In this document: positions 38,493 to 46,618 of the stretch, piece by piece
Numbering within the stretch: position 1 is the first letter of the stretch
How the letters are laid out: every line of letters begins with the position of its first letter
Source: a virus
IMG/VR virus record: IMGVR_UViG_3300025886_000017
Strand: one strand, 5' to 3'
DNA length: 64,000 nucleotides
The notes under the pieces: generated by a model
Databases searched by the model: none
Told to the model about the DNA's origin: nothing
The model's input: the letters and a program-made list of their open reading frames with translations, nothing else
Made by a program: the position numbers and the translations under genes

Positions 38493-38703
38493 TGATGTTA
38501 AAGCCGATGCCCAACGTATGCTTGACGAAGAAATTGAAGATGAAATTCAACGATTGCGCAAGAGCGTGATAGGTGAGTGTGCGCTCTGTCTTGGTTATGT
38601 GACAGAGTATGATGTCACATACGGAACTTTCGGGGCAGAATGGCGTGGTGAACTTTGCTATCACGCTGTCTGCCTGTCTGGAAAGATCGCCGTGGCGTTT
38701 TAA
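38479..38703 (+). CDS. Small hypothetical protein with CxxC
   Basis: Probable TTG start with GAGGTG SD; ECALC ... CYHAVC. Confidence 0.45.
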   Translation: MAKIDDVKADAQRMLDEEIEDEIQRLRKSVIGECALCLGYVTEYDVTYGTFGAEWRGELCYHAVCLSGKIAVAF

Positions 38704-38771
38704 TTCAGTTTGATATTTCCTGATATTGTCCCCCCTCGGGGGACGTCCCCAATAAAAATGAAGATTTTCCC

Positions 38772-38799
38772 TTGACTCTCGCCATCCCGTGCTTATATT
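38772..38799 (+). promoter_or_regulatory. Sigma70-type promoter TTGACT-N16-TATATT
   Basis: Near-consensus hexamers in a 260-nt intergenic region. Confidence 0.65.
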
Positions 38800-38805
38800 A
38801 TAGGT

Positions 38806-38896
38806 CTTGGTGGGAAGAGGTTTTCTCCCCCAAAACCGCATGTTTCTTGGTAAACATGACTCTGAGTTCACCTTTATTTTCCCCCGAGGGGGGTTT
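38806..38896 (+). ncRNA. Candidate small RNA or structured leader
   Basis: Between two promoters; hairpins at about 38812-38829, 38839-38858 (CATGTTT/AAACATG) and 38881-38892. Confidence 0.3.
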
Positions 38897-38901
38897 AGGG
38901 G

Positions 38902-38929
38902 TTGATTCCGCTGCCTATTTTGCTATAAT
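38902..38929 (+). promoter_or_regulatory. Sigma70-type promoter TTGATT-N16-TATAAT with extended -10 (TGc)
   Basis: Upstream of AGGAG SD and ATG 38963. Confidence 0.8.
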
Positions 38930-38962
38930 TTAGGTGTTGATTGAGAGTGATTAGGAGAAAAT

Positions 38963-41539
38963 ATGAGTTACAGAAGTTTGCAGGATGTCGCGGATAGCGT
39001 CAATTCGTTTGCCAAGGTTTCCGTTTCGGCGAAGGAACGGCTCGCGAAGCTGCTCGCTTCGGAGAATATTACTGTTATCCATGATGCTAAGTACGATACT
39101 GCCGCGTTCGATGTTAGGGACCGTGTTTTGTATCTTCCGGTTTGGAAAGATATGTCGGCTGATCTTTATGATCTATTCGTCGGGCATGAGACGGGACATG
39201 CGCTCTATACTCCCGATGGTGATTTTTTCGAGACTTACACCCCAGGGCAGAAAGCTTATCTCAATGTCGTCGAGGATGCTCGGATTGAGAATGGGCAGAA
39301 GAAAAAGTTTCCCGGGCTTCGTCGTCCGATGCGCGCTGGTTACTCTGGGTTAGTTGATCGTAAATTCTTCGGTGACATTGATGACGTGTCATCACTTCCG
39401 TTGATTGATCGGATTAATCTCAAAGCCAAGCTTGGTACTGCGATTGATGTTCCTTTCACCGACGATGAGCAAGCGACATTTGATCGTGTTATGTCTCTTC
39501 GATGCTCCGATAATGTCGAGCGCAATGCTGAACTCTTCGAAGAAGCTAGGTCGCTCGCGATGGAACTTTGGGAAGACGCTCGCGATGAGTCGCAGACCGA
39601 TACTCATTCTGATGGTGGTCGCGGCGAGTCCGGTTCCGCTGACGATTCTGATGAATCTTCCGGTGATTCCGGTGATTCCGGTGGTGACGATTCTGATGAA
39701 TCTTCCAGTGATTCCGGTGATGACGATTCCGGTGATGATTCTAATGATTCCGGTGATGATTCTAATGATTCCGGTGATGACGATTCCGATAACGAGACTT
39801 CCGGGTCTGGTGACGAGAATGGCGAGTCGGATTCTGCTTCGGATTCTGATACTGACGATTCTGGTGATTCAAACGATGCTGGCTCTTCGGGTGACGATGA
39901 TTCGGATTCTGAATCTGATGACTCCGATGACTCTGCTTCCGATTCGGGTTCGAGCGACGATGATTCGAGCGACGATGATTCTGATAATGATACTTCAGAC
40001 GCAGCGAGCAATGGCCTTGAAGCGAACGAAGATCCAACCTCTTTGACGCATGACTCATTCCGAGAGAATGAAAAATCACTTTCCGAGGGAAGTGATTCTG
40101 GTGATATACATCTCGTAAATCTTACGGTGACTAGTTCTTCGGATATCAATCCTTCCGATCATATCATCTATGCTCGCGAGCATGTCGAAGCTTCACTTGA
40201 TACGATGGTTCATTCGATTCGATACCCTTGGGACTCGGATGACGAGGAACGGACTCCGAGTCCAGCGGCCAAGGATGAGATTGTCCAGAGTCGTCGATAT
40301 CTCGATTCGGTGACGCGCAAAGGTGTTGGGGTACTCGTCAAAGAATTTGAGATGAAGAAAGCTGCGGATGCATCCAAGCGCGCGATGACGGATGCTACTG
40401 GAACTATCGATACCAACAAACTCCACTCATATAAGTGGAACGAGAATATATTCGCCAAGAATACAATCACCCCAGACGGCAAGTCTCACGGGCTTGTCAT
40501 CTTCATTGACTTCTCTGGGTCGATGTCTATTAATATGGACGGTACCATTCAGCAACTCTGGTCGCTGATTGCCTTCTGCGATAGGGTGTCTATTCCATAC
40601 GATGTGTATTCATTCACAAGTTCAATTTTGCAAAATCGGTCGGCCGATACTGGGAAGTTCGCGGACGCATTGAATCGAACTCTTGATCGCGTGATGAAGC
40701 GGCCGCGACACGAGCGAAGAGGTACGCTTGGTTCTGGTGGTGATGTGACGCTGATTCAACTCATTTCGTCGCGAGATAGCAAGACCATTCGATCTTGTTC
40801 GCGCGATGTTTTGGCGGGACTTCGAAGTTTTTGGTACACGCAATATAACTCGTCTGGTCACTCTGCCATATCTATACCGAATTGGTTGCAGCTTGGTGGG
40901 ACTCCATTGAACGAAACTACTCTTCTCGCTTCGCGCATTGTGAACGATTTTCGTTCTGAGACGGGTGTTCAGCTTATCAATACGGTTTTCTTGACCGATG
41001 GTGCTGGCCAGCGGACATTGCAGCAACATGGTTATAATACCACGTTCGTTGCTCGCGATCCTGATACGCGACGAGAGTATATTGTAGATACCAAACGACG
41101 AGGTATGGGTGAAACTGAAGCTCTCACTAATATTCTTCGGGATCGAACGGGCTCTAATGTTGTCAACTTCTTCATCATGAATGGTGAGAATCGCAAAGCA
41201 TTTGCTCAAGTTCTTGGTATCGTCGATGGGGATACACTCGCGGCTCGTCGCGAGAAGAATGTGCATATGACGATCGCTGGCATTATGGCCATTCCCACTA
41301 ACAAAGAAAAGTATGATGATTACCGCAAGCGTGGTGGAGTGACGATTATCAACTCTGCTCTGGGATACGATCATCAGTACATAGTCAAGTCTGATTCGGT
41401 TGATGAGGATGCTGATCGTATGGACATCGAGGCGGGTGCCACAAAGGCTAAACTGAAGAAGGCGTTTGTCAAAGCCCGATCTGGTGGTAACATGGCTCGT
41501 CGCGTGTTGGCGGACTTCACTTCAATCATTGCGGTGTAG
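38963..41539 (+). CDS. vWA-domain protein with N-terminal HExxH peptidase-like domain (CobT-like)
   Basis: FVGHETGHALYTP, NVVEDARIE; long D/S/G linker; MIDAS IDFSGSM, GGTPLNE, FLTDG. Confidence 0.88.
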   Translation: MSYRSLQDVADSVNSFAKVSVSAKERLAKLLASENITVIHDAKYDTAAFDVRDRVLYLPVWKDMSADLYDLFVGHETGHALYTPDGDFFETYTPGQKAYLNVVEDARIENGQKKKFPGLRRPMRAGYSGLVDRKFFGDIDDVSSLPLIDRINLKAKLGTAIDVPFTDDEQATFDRVMSLRCSDNVERNAELFEEARSLAMELWEDARDESQTDTHSDGGRGESGSADDSDESSGDSGDSGGDDSDESSSDSGDDDSGDDSNDSGDDSNDSGDDDSDNETSGSGDENGESDSASDSDTDDSGDSNDAGSSGDDDSDSESDDSDDSASDSGSSDDDSSDDDSDNDTSDAASNGLEANEDPTSLTHDSFRENEKSLSEGSDSGDIHLVNLTVTSSSDINPSDHIIYAREHVEASLDTMVHSIRYPWDSDDEERTPSPAAKDEIVQSRRYLDSVTRKGVGVLVKEFEMKKAADASKRAMTDATGTIDTNKLHSYKWNENIFAKNTITPDGKSHGLVIFIDFSGSMSINMDGTIQQLWSLIAFCDRVSIPYDVYSFTSSILQNRSADTGKFADALNRTLDRVMKRPRHERRGTLGSGGDVTLIQLISSRDSKTIRSCSRDVLAGLRSFWYTQYNSSGHSAISIPNWLQLGGTPLNETTLLASRIVNDFRSETGVQLINTVFLTDGAGQRTLQQHGYNTTFVARDPDTRREYIVDTKRRGMGETEALTNILRDRTGSNVVNFFIMNGENRKAFAQVLGIVDGDTLAARREKNVHMTIAGIMAIPTNKEKYDDYRKRGGVTIINSALGYDHQYIVKSDSVDEDADRMDIEAGATKAKLKKAFVKARSGGNMARRVLADFTSIIAV
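39640..40020 (+). repeat. Low-complexity Asp/Ser/Gly linker with 21-nt tandem units
   Basis: CCGGTGATGATTCTAATGATT repeated; SGDDSND-type peptides. Confidence 0.85.
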
Positions 41540-41569
41540 TTGCCATTTTCACTTTTTTTAATCTGAAGG

Positions 41570-41598
41570 TTGACTCGTCGAAGTCGATGAGCTATCCT
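41570..41598 (+). promoter_or_regulatory. Sigma70-type promoter TTGACT-N17-TATCCT
   Basis: Near-consensus; TTGCCATTTT box 30 nt upstream. Confidence 0.55.
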
Positions 41599-41651
41599 TC
41601 AGGTAATGAATCGGGGCAATGTGTCCCCCCACATTAGGAGTCCATTTTATT

Positions 41652-41990
41652 ATGGCAAAGCAAAAAGTTTTTGAACGTGTCCTTGAGGTTCTTATTGCCG
41701 CAGATGGCGGAGCAGTCACGAAAGAATATCTCCTGAAAGAACTCGAAGGCGATATCGTTGCCAATAGAGTTTCTACTTATTTTTGGGAAATCAAAACGAA
41801 GGCAAAGATCGAAGTCGAAATGATCAAGGACGGACGAAAGGTTGTTGGTTATCGTCTCCCTGTTGCAGCGGCTCCGGCCCCCGACGGCTCGGCGCCTGAT
41901 GTACCCAAAGTCAAGACTTTCGACTATGTGACGGATGTTCCGGTCACCCAGCCCTTCTATGACGGATCGCTCGCGACGAACGACAACTAA
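41652..41990 (+). CDS. Winged-helix DNA-binding protein
   Basis: Start moved to MAKQKVF (AGGAG SD); RVLEVLIAADGGAVTKEYL...RVSTYFWEIK...GYRL. Confidence 0.65.
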   Translation: MAKQKVFERVLEVLIAADGGAVTKEYLLKELEGDIVANRVSTYFWEIKTKAKIEVEMIKDGRKVVGYRLPVAAAPAPDGSAPDVPKVKTFDYVTDVPVTQPFYDGSLATNDN

Positions 41991-42006
41991 CAACGAAGGA
42001 ATTCAG

Positions 42007-42252
42007 ATGACCGTACTCATGAGACTAACCGAGTCTATTACAAATAATATGAAGCAACAATTCCGCCCATTAGAGTGTATTTGCGGATCATCCGACATCG
42101 CTCTAGTTGAAGGTGACAACTGCACCACTTGTCTGCGGTGTGAAGGGTGTGGTCATAGCGGGCCCGGATCTCATGAAGCGGATTATGTTTCATGTGTATT
42201 GGACTGGAATGTGCAGATATCTCACTTTGAGGATCTTCTTGAAACACTTTGA
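42007..42252 (+). CDS. Zinc-ribbon protein, Lar (restriction alleviation)-like
   Basis: Start moved to MTVLMRL; PLECICGS...LRCEGCGHSGP resembles L-x-CPFCG...CxxCGxxGP. Confidence 0.5.
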   Translation: MTVLMRLTESITNNMKQQFRPLECICGSSDIALVEGDNCTTCLRCEGCGHSGPGSHEADYVSCVLDWNVQISHFEDLLETL

Positions 42253-42343
42253 CCGACCGATTATTGATTTCTTTATCGCATATATATTACAGGTGGGATT
42301 GTTCGGTGGGATTTGCCTAGCGCTCATATTGATATGCATATAA
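42239..42343 (+). CDS. Possible 34-aa transmembrane peptide
   Basis: TTG start with GAGGA SD; IIDFFIAYILQVGLFGGICLALILICI. Confidence 0.3.
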   Translation: MKHFDRPIIDFFIAYILQVGLFGGICLALILICI

Positions 42344-42351
42344 GTTTTATC

Positions 42352-42439
42352 GGAGAGATAGCCAAGTGGTTGACGGCACCGGTTTTGAAAACCGGCAGGG
42401 TGAAAGCCCTCGTGGGTTCGAATCCTACTCTCTCCGCCA
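42352..42439 (+). tRNA. tRNA-Ser(UGA)
   Basis: GGAGAGA/TCTCTCC acceptor, CCGGT-TTTGAAA-ACCGG anticodon arm, long variable arm, GGTTCGAATCC, G-CCA end. Confidence 0.95.
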
Positions 42440-42472
42440 GCTATTGAAATCACTAACAAAGGAGACAAGAAA

Positions 42473-42643
42473 TTGTCTGAACAACATATGGGCCTTCGCG
42501 AGAAGGTGAGAAAGGGGATCGTATCCCTTGATGAGGCGATTGAACTCGCCAAGGATTATAACAAGGACATCCAGAAGTGGTTGTCTCGTCGTAAGCAGTC
42601 TGGCGTGAAGCCGGCTTCAAAGGGAAAGAAGTCGAAAGGATAA
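42473..42643 (+). CDS. Small basic protein inside the tRNA cluster
   Basis: Hand translation (M)SEQHMGLREKVRKGIVSLDEAIELAKDYNKDIQKWLSRRKQ...; AAGGAG SD 9-10 nt before TTG. Confidence 0.6.
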   Translation: MSEQHMGLREKVRKGIVSLDEAIELAKDYNKDIQKWLSRRKQSGVKPASKGKKSKG

Positions 42644-42652
42644 CATTTTTTG

Positions 42653-42729
42653 CGGGGCATAGCTCAGTCTGGTAGAGTGTCTGCTTTGGGAGCAGAAAGC
42701 CGCAGGTTCGAGTCCTGCTGCCCCGACCA
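42653..42729 (+). tRNA. tRNA-Pro(UGG)
   Basis: CGGGGCA acceptor, TCTGC-TTTGGGA-GCAGA, GGTTCGAGTCC, A-CCA end. Confidence 0.95.
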
Positions 42730-42733
42730 TCAT

Positions 42734-42810
42734 GCCGACTTAGCTCAGCTGGCCAGAGCGCCACACTTGTAATGTGGATGTCGCCGGTTCGAATCCGGCA
42801 GTCGGCTCCA
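42734..42810 (+). tRNA. tRNA-Thr(UGU)
   Basis: GCCGACT/AGTCGGC, CCACA-CTTGTAA-TGTGG, GGTTCGAATCC, CCA end. Confidence 0.95.
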
Positions 42811-42813
42811 TAT

Positions 42814-42890
42814 GGACCCTTAGCTCAGTTGGTTAGAGCGCCCGGCTCATAACCGGATTGTCCTCGGTTCAAGTCCGAGAGGGCCCACCA
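42814..42890 (+). tRNA. tRNA-CAU, probably Ile2 (lysidine) rather than Met
   Basis: Anticodon loop CTCATAA; acceptor GGACCCT/AGGGCCC with C4-G69 and C5-G68, resembling Ile2; no initiator features. Confidence 0.88.
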
Positions 42891-42909
42891 TTCAGTTGAA
42901 TCTGGCATC

Positions 42910-42917
42910 ACTAAATA
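42910..42917 (+). promoter_or_regulatory. Late promoter variant ACTAAATA
   Basis: Intergenic, upstream of GGAGG SD; the same octamer precedes gp32 and gp4. Confidence 0.55.
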
Positions 42918-42934
42918 GATGAAGGAGGTAATCC

Positions 42935-43363
42935 ATGTTTCGACTAATCATTATCCTTTCATTTATTCTTGCGATGCCATCACAGGCTGATATATATGAC
43001 GTGGAGATCGTCCGCATCATAGACGGTGATACGGTAGTCATCAAAGCACCATTTCTACCATCACCCCTGAAGCCTGAGTTATCGGTTCGTGTGTTCGGCG
43101 TAGATACCCCGGAGAAGAGCTGGAGGGGTCAATGTGAGTATGAGCGCACGCACGGAGAGCTGGCAAGTATGTACACCGCCTCTTTGATAGAAACTACATC
43201 AAAGCATCAAATTGATTTGATGAAATGGGATAAGTTTGGCGGCCGCGTCCTCGGTGACATCATCCTCGACGGAAAGAGTTTGAGAAACCTACTTATTGAG
43301 AATGGTTATGCGAGAGAATATTACGGAAAGAAAAAGAAAAGTTGGTGTGAAGGTAAGGGCTAA
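42935..43363 (+). CDS. Exported thermonuclease (SNase family)
   Basis: Signal ...AMPSQA|D; IIDGDT, RVFGVDTPE, DKFGGRVLG, LIENGYAR. Confidence 0.9.
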   Translation: MFRLIIILSFILAMPSQADIYDVEIVRIIDGDTVVIKAPFLPSPLKPELSVRVFGVDTPEKSWRGQCEYERTHGELASMYTASLIETTSKHQIDLMKWDKFGGRVLGDIILDGKSLRNLLIENGYAREYYGKKKKSWCEGKG

Positions 43364-43364
43364 T

Positions 43365-44051
43365 ATGGATTTCAACTTACTGGTTCATGGACTTAATGCC
43401 CTTAAAGATGAGCGCTTGCGCGATTCAATGAAGGATTGGGTATCACATACTATGCTCCCGACAATAGTTGAACATAATGTGTCTCTGAATATCACCGAAG
43501 ATGAAGTGATCGATTGCGCCGGGACTGGTGTTGGTGGGTACTTTCAGGATGATGAGCCTGCTGTTCTTTCACTTGCGTTAGGTGCCCGGACTTGGGTAGA
43601 GACACTCATCCACGAGTTTGCACATCTTACTCAATGGAAAGATAACGCAGAATGTTGGTTGGCCGGCACTCTGGATGATGGATCGGACGCTGGCAGTTTT
43701 GTTGATTATTGGTATGCGGGTCACGTTGAACTGAACAAAGAACAACTCGATCGATACTTCGCTGCGTTGATTTGGGTTGAGCATGACGCAGAGATTCGGG
43801 CTCTCAAGATGATAAATAAACATAAAATTCCGATTGACGTAAAGATATATGCTCAGAGAGCCAATGCTTATCTTCTTGGATACCACGAGTTCCGCCGTCG
43901 CCGGTCGTGGAGTGTGCCAGGAAAAGCGCCGTATCTGTTTGATTCTATTACCCAAGAGATGCCCACTGACTTGAAGACACTTGATTACTACGATATGAAA
44001 ATCGTGACTTCTAAAATGAAAAAACTATACGATGAATGTTTTGAAGAATAG
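43365..44051 (+). CDS. HExxH zincin-like metallopeptidase
   Basis: Start moved to MDFNLL; TLIHEFAHLTQW and downstream EHDAE. Confidence 0.65.
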   Translation: MDFNLLVHGLNALKDERLRDSMKDWVSHTMLPTIVEHNVSLNITEDEVIDCAGTGVGGYFQDDEPAVLSLALGARTWVETLIHEFAHLTQWKDNAECWLAGTLDDGSDAGSFVDYWYAGHVELNKEQLDRYFAALIWVEHDAEIRALKMINKHKIPIDVKIYAQRANAYLLGYHEFRRRRSWSVPGKAPYLFDSITQEMPTDLKTLDYYDMKIVTSKMKKLYDECFEE

Positions 44052-44063
44052 GGAGAATATCAA

Positions 44064-44237
44064 ATGCTTCTAGAACATAAAAAGACAAGATGCTCCACTT
44101 GTGACAAGGTGACGAAGCATCAAGATTTAGGTAATAAACTTCCCAATACTGTTCGATGGAAGTGTGATGAGTGTGGAGCGAGAAACATAATTGAAGTATC
44201 AACCCCCGCGAGTGATAAAGAGTTTCTAACTGAATAG
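44064..44237 (+). CDS. Small zinc-ribbon protein (57 aa, below cutoff)
   Basis: Hand translation MLLEHKKTRCSTCDKVTKH...WKCDECGARN; GGGAG SD. Confidence 0.75.
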   Translation: MLLEHKKTRCSTCDKVTKHQDLGNKLPNTVRWKCDECGARNIIEVSTPASDKEFLTE

Positions 44238-44246
44238 GAGTATATA

Positions 44247-44432
44247 ATGGCAGGAGTGAAAACGACCCGGCTGGGTTCTGGTGGCCAGGCGAGATTTTAC
44301 TATGAACGTAATACGGACAATAAGCTAACCCATGTCCTCATTGTTGATAATGGAAAACGCTCTTGGAGTTGGGCAGTTCGTGAAGGTGATGATTATCGTT
44401 ATATTGATGCCAAGGATTATGAACTACGATGA
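44247..44432 (+). CDS. Small hypothetical protein
   Basis: AGGAG SD; ATGA overlap with the next gene. Confidence 0.6.
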   Translation: MAGVKTTRLGSGGQARFYYERNTDNKLTHVLIVDNGKRSWSWAVREGDDYRYIDAKDYELR

Positions 44433-44674
44433 TCCTTGGGCTTGAAATGTGGATTCTTGATGTGCTTGGTCACATTGGATATATGTTTCTTGCCTTTGGT
44501 ATGTATCTGCTTGCCCGAAAGAATATGTTCGGGTGGGTATGTCGTGGTGTCGGAGAGTTAGTGTGGCTCTTCATTGGCATCGAAATGCAAATGTCGTCCA
44601 TATGGTTCTGGGGGTTCATGTTCCTGGCACTTGAAATATATGGATTTTTATCTTGGAAAAAGTTGAGAAACTGA
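44429..44674 (+). CDS. Small three-TM membrane protein (PnuC-like half)
   Basis: LGHIGYMFLAFGMYLLARKNMFGW...LALEIYGFLSW pattern. Confidence 0.5.
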   Translation: MILGLEMWILDVLGHIGYMFLAFGMYLLARKNMFGWVCRGVGELVWLFIGIEMQMSSIWFWGFMFLALEIYGFLSWKKLRN

Positions 44675-44717
44675 CTATATATATTACTAGTAGTTTCCAA
44701 ATATAGGAGAGATTGAA

Positions 44718-45143
44718 ATGAGTAGTGAAGTGATTGAAACCGAAGTGATTGAAACCGAAGTGATTGATGACGTTAGTGATGACGCGAGTGAAGCTGAAGT
44801 GAGTGACATTGACCCTGATGTATGGGATCAGGTACTTTCGCAGGATACTGAAGTGGCAACGAAGGTGTGGGTTTGTACCTATTCGTTCCCGGTCAATGTC
44901 GATAATGAAGGCAATGATCTTCCTGATGGTGAAGTTGCCAGAGCGGGTGAGACATTTGCAGCTATATCAAAGTCAAACGCACTCACTCGACTTTTCAATG
45001 TAATCATGTCAGTTGATGCGAGCGTAACAGGATTTGAATTGGATATTGATGAAGAGAAGGAAGACTGGCAGATCAATGTGGTCAAACAATTCTTCACTCG
45101 TGAGAATGTTAACTTGAGTCTGACGCTTGTCGATGTGATTTAA
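44718..45143 (+). CDS. Acidic hypothetical protein
   Basis: AGGAG SD; EVIET duplicated (15-nt GTGATTGAAACCGAA x2). Confidence 0.6.
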   Translation: MSSEVIETEVIETEVIDDVSDDASEAEVSDIDPDVWDQVLSQDTEVATKVWVCTYSFPVNVDNEGNDLPDGEVARAGETFAAISKSNALTRLFNVIMSVDASVTGFELDIDEEKEDWQINVVKQFFTRENVNLSLTLVDVI

Positions 45144-45406
45144 TGGGATCATCCAAGAAATCTTGGGGCCCGCCAGCAATCAAACTCGGTCGAGGAAAAG
45201 CCCGGCAGGATACTATCACGGCAATTTTTCGTATGATTGATGAGGGTCGGCTAGCCGCAGATATGCTTGATGATTCGGCGTTAATCGAAGTTGTCAATCT
45301 CCTAACACCACAATACGCAGAGTACGGAATCCGACGAGAAGAACATCATCGTATGGTATATGAAGTCTGGGACAAAATAAAGGCGTGGTTGGAAGGTGAA
45401 GATTGA
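45143..45406 (+). CDS. Hypothetical protein
   Basis: Translationally coupled 87-aa ORF. Confidence 0.55.
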   Translation: MGSSKKSWGPPAIKLGRGKARQDTITAIFRMIDEGRLAADMLDDSALIEVVNLLTPQYAEYGIRREEHHRMVYEVWDKIKAWLEGED

Positions 45407-45588
45407 TGCCCAATTACGAGTATTCGTGTAAGGGGTGTGATAACACATTCACTGAGATGAGTCGCGTTGATGATCGCGAAGCACCTTGCAAGAAACCATG
45501 TAGTGAGTGTGGCGAAGAAGTTCACCTGTTGATTTCAAAAACTAACTTTATCCTCAAGGGCAAAGGTTGGTACAAGGATGGATATTAA
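45403..45588 (+). CDS. FmdB-family zinc-ribbon protein, copy 1
   Basis: MPNYEYSCKGC...CSECG...FILKGKGWY. Confidence 0.85.
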   Translation: MMPNYEYSCKGCDNTFTEMSRVDDREAPCKKPCSECGEEVHLLISKTNFILKGKGWYKDGY

Positions 45589-45935
45589 TGCCCATATATG
45601 ATTATGAATGTAAGGGATGTGGTGACACATTCACCGAGATGTCCAAAATCGTGGATCGACTTGCTCCGTGTGAGCAGCCATGTAATGAGTGCGACGGAGA
45701 GATCAAGCAGTTGATTAACATGCCGATGATTGTTGATCCGGTTCGATTGGGTGTGGTGAAACCATCATCTGAGTTTAACGATGTGTTGACGCAGATTCAC
45801 GAAAGCACTTCTGGTTCCAAGCTCGGAGAAAAGCTACAGGGATCGCGCCCCGAGAACACGGGGGCGTCGAATGCCAAGGCTCAGAAAGCAGCTCGGAAGT
45901 TTATTGCTAAAGCAGCCAAGGGTGATTCTAAATGA
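45588..45935 (+). CDS. FmdB-family zinc-ribbon protein, copy 2 (extended)
   Basis: Start moved to MPIYDYECKGC; CNECDG; T4-like extension FNDVLTQI. Confidence 0.85.
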   Translation: MPIYDYECKGCGDTFTEMSKIVDRLAPCEQPCNECDGEIKQLINMPMIVDPVRLGVVKPSSEFNDVLTQIHESTSGSKLGEKLQGSRPENTGASNAKAQKAARKFIAKAAKGDSK

Positions 45936-46618
45936 AGTTTGTTCATAAGCCAATGAAAGAGTTGTCAGTTCATGAGGGAATCAAATGTGAGTATTCCACT
46001 GGATCGAGGAGATACATTGTCGATCATGATGGAGAAACAAAACACTATCCTTCGGTTACGACTGTTCTAGCAAATGATCCCGAGAAAAATAAGTCTCTAG
46101 CTGCATGGCGAAAGCGTGTTGGTACTGATGAAGCTAATCGGATTTCCAAGAATGCCACAACTCGCGGCGAGATGGTTCATCAAATGTGCGAAGATCATAT
46201 CAATAACTGCAAGGATTACTTGTCGTATCGACATGATGCGAATGCGATGTTTCTTGACTTAAAGCCAAAACTTGATGCTAATGTTGGGTATGTTGTAGCC
46301 CAGGAAGTTCCGCTGGTATCGCATGTGCTTCGCCTTGCTGGTCGCGTTGATTTGATCGCAGAGTGGGATGGTGAGTTGGCAATCATCGACTTCAAGACTT
46401 CAAGCAGACCGAAGAAAGAAGAGTGGATCAAGGACTACTATAAACAGATCGCGGCGTATGCTGCTATGGTATATGAGATGACTGATATTATCATAACAAA
46501 GGGTGTTATTCCTATCACAGTTGAGCATGACAGCCCACAGATATTCATCTTTAATCCGTGGGATCACATTCGTGCGCTCCACGCTGATGTTGAACGATAC
46601 GAGGATATGTTTGTATGA
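45932..46618 (+). CDS. PD-(D/E)XK (Cas4/RecB-like) exonuclease
   Basis: YPSVTTVL, RGEMVH, AGRVDLIAEWDGELAIIDFKTS, QIAAYA. Confidence 0.9.
   Translation: MKFVHKPMKELSVHEGIKCEYSTGSRRYIVDHDGETKHYPSVTTVLANDPEKNKSLAAWRKRVGTDEANRISKNATTRGEMVHQMCEDHINNCKDYLSYRHDANAMFLDLKPKLDANVGYVVAQEVPLVSHVLRLAGRVDLIAEWDGELAIIDFKTSSRPKKEEWIKDYYKQIAAYAAMVYEMTDIIITKGVIPITVEHDSPQIFIFNPWDHIRALHADVERYEDMFV

Noticed and set aside
39604-40149. 181-aa minus-strand Ser/Glu-rich ORF and 213-aa alternate-frame plus ORF (39405-40046)
   Set aside because: Shadows of the stop-poor Asp/Ser/Gly repeat in the vWA gene; no SD or independent motif
40622-41374. 250-aa minus-strand ORF
   Set aside because: Fully antisense to the vWA domain; no recognisable motif
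42190-42764. Minus-strand ORFs across the tRNA cluster
   Set aside because: Antisense to clear tRNA cloverleaves
45932-46618. Cas4-like nuclease as evidence of a CRISPR-Cas system
   Set aside because: Solo PD-(D/E)XK exonucleases are common in T4-like phages; no array or other cas genes seen
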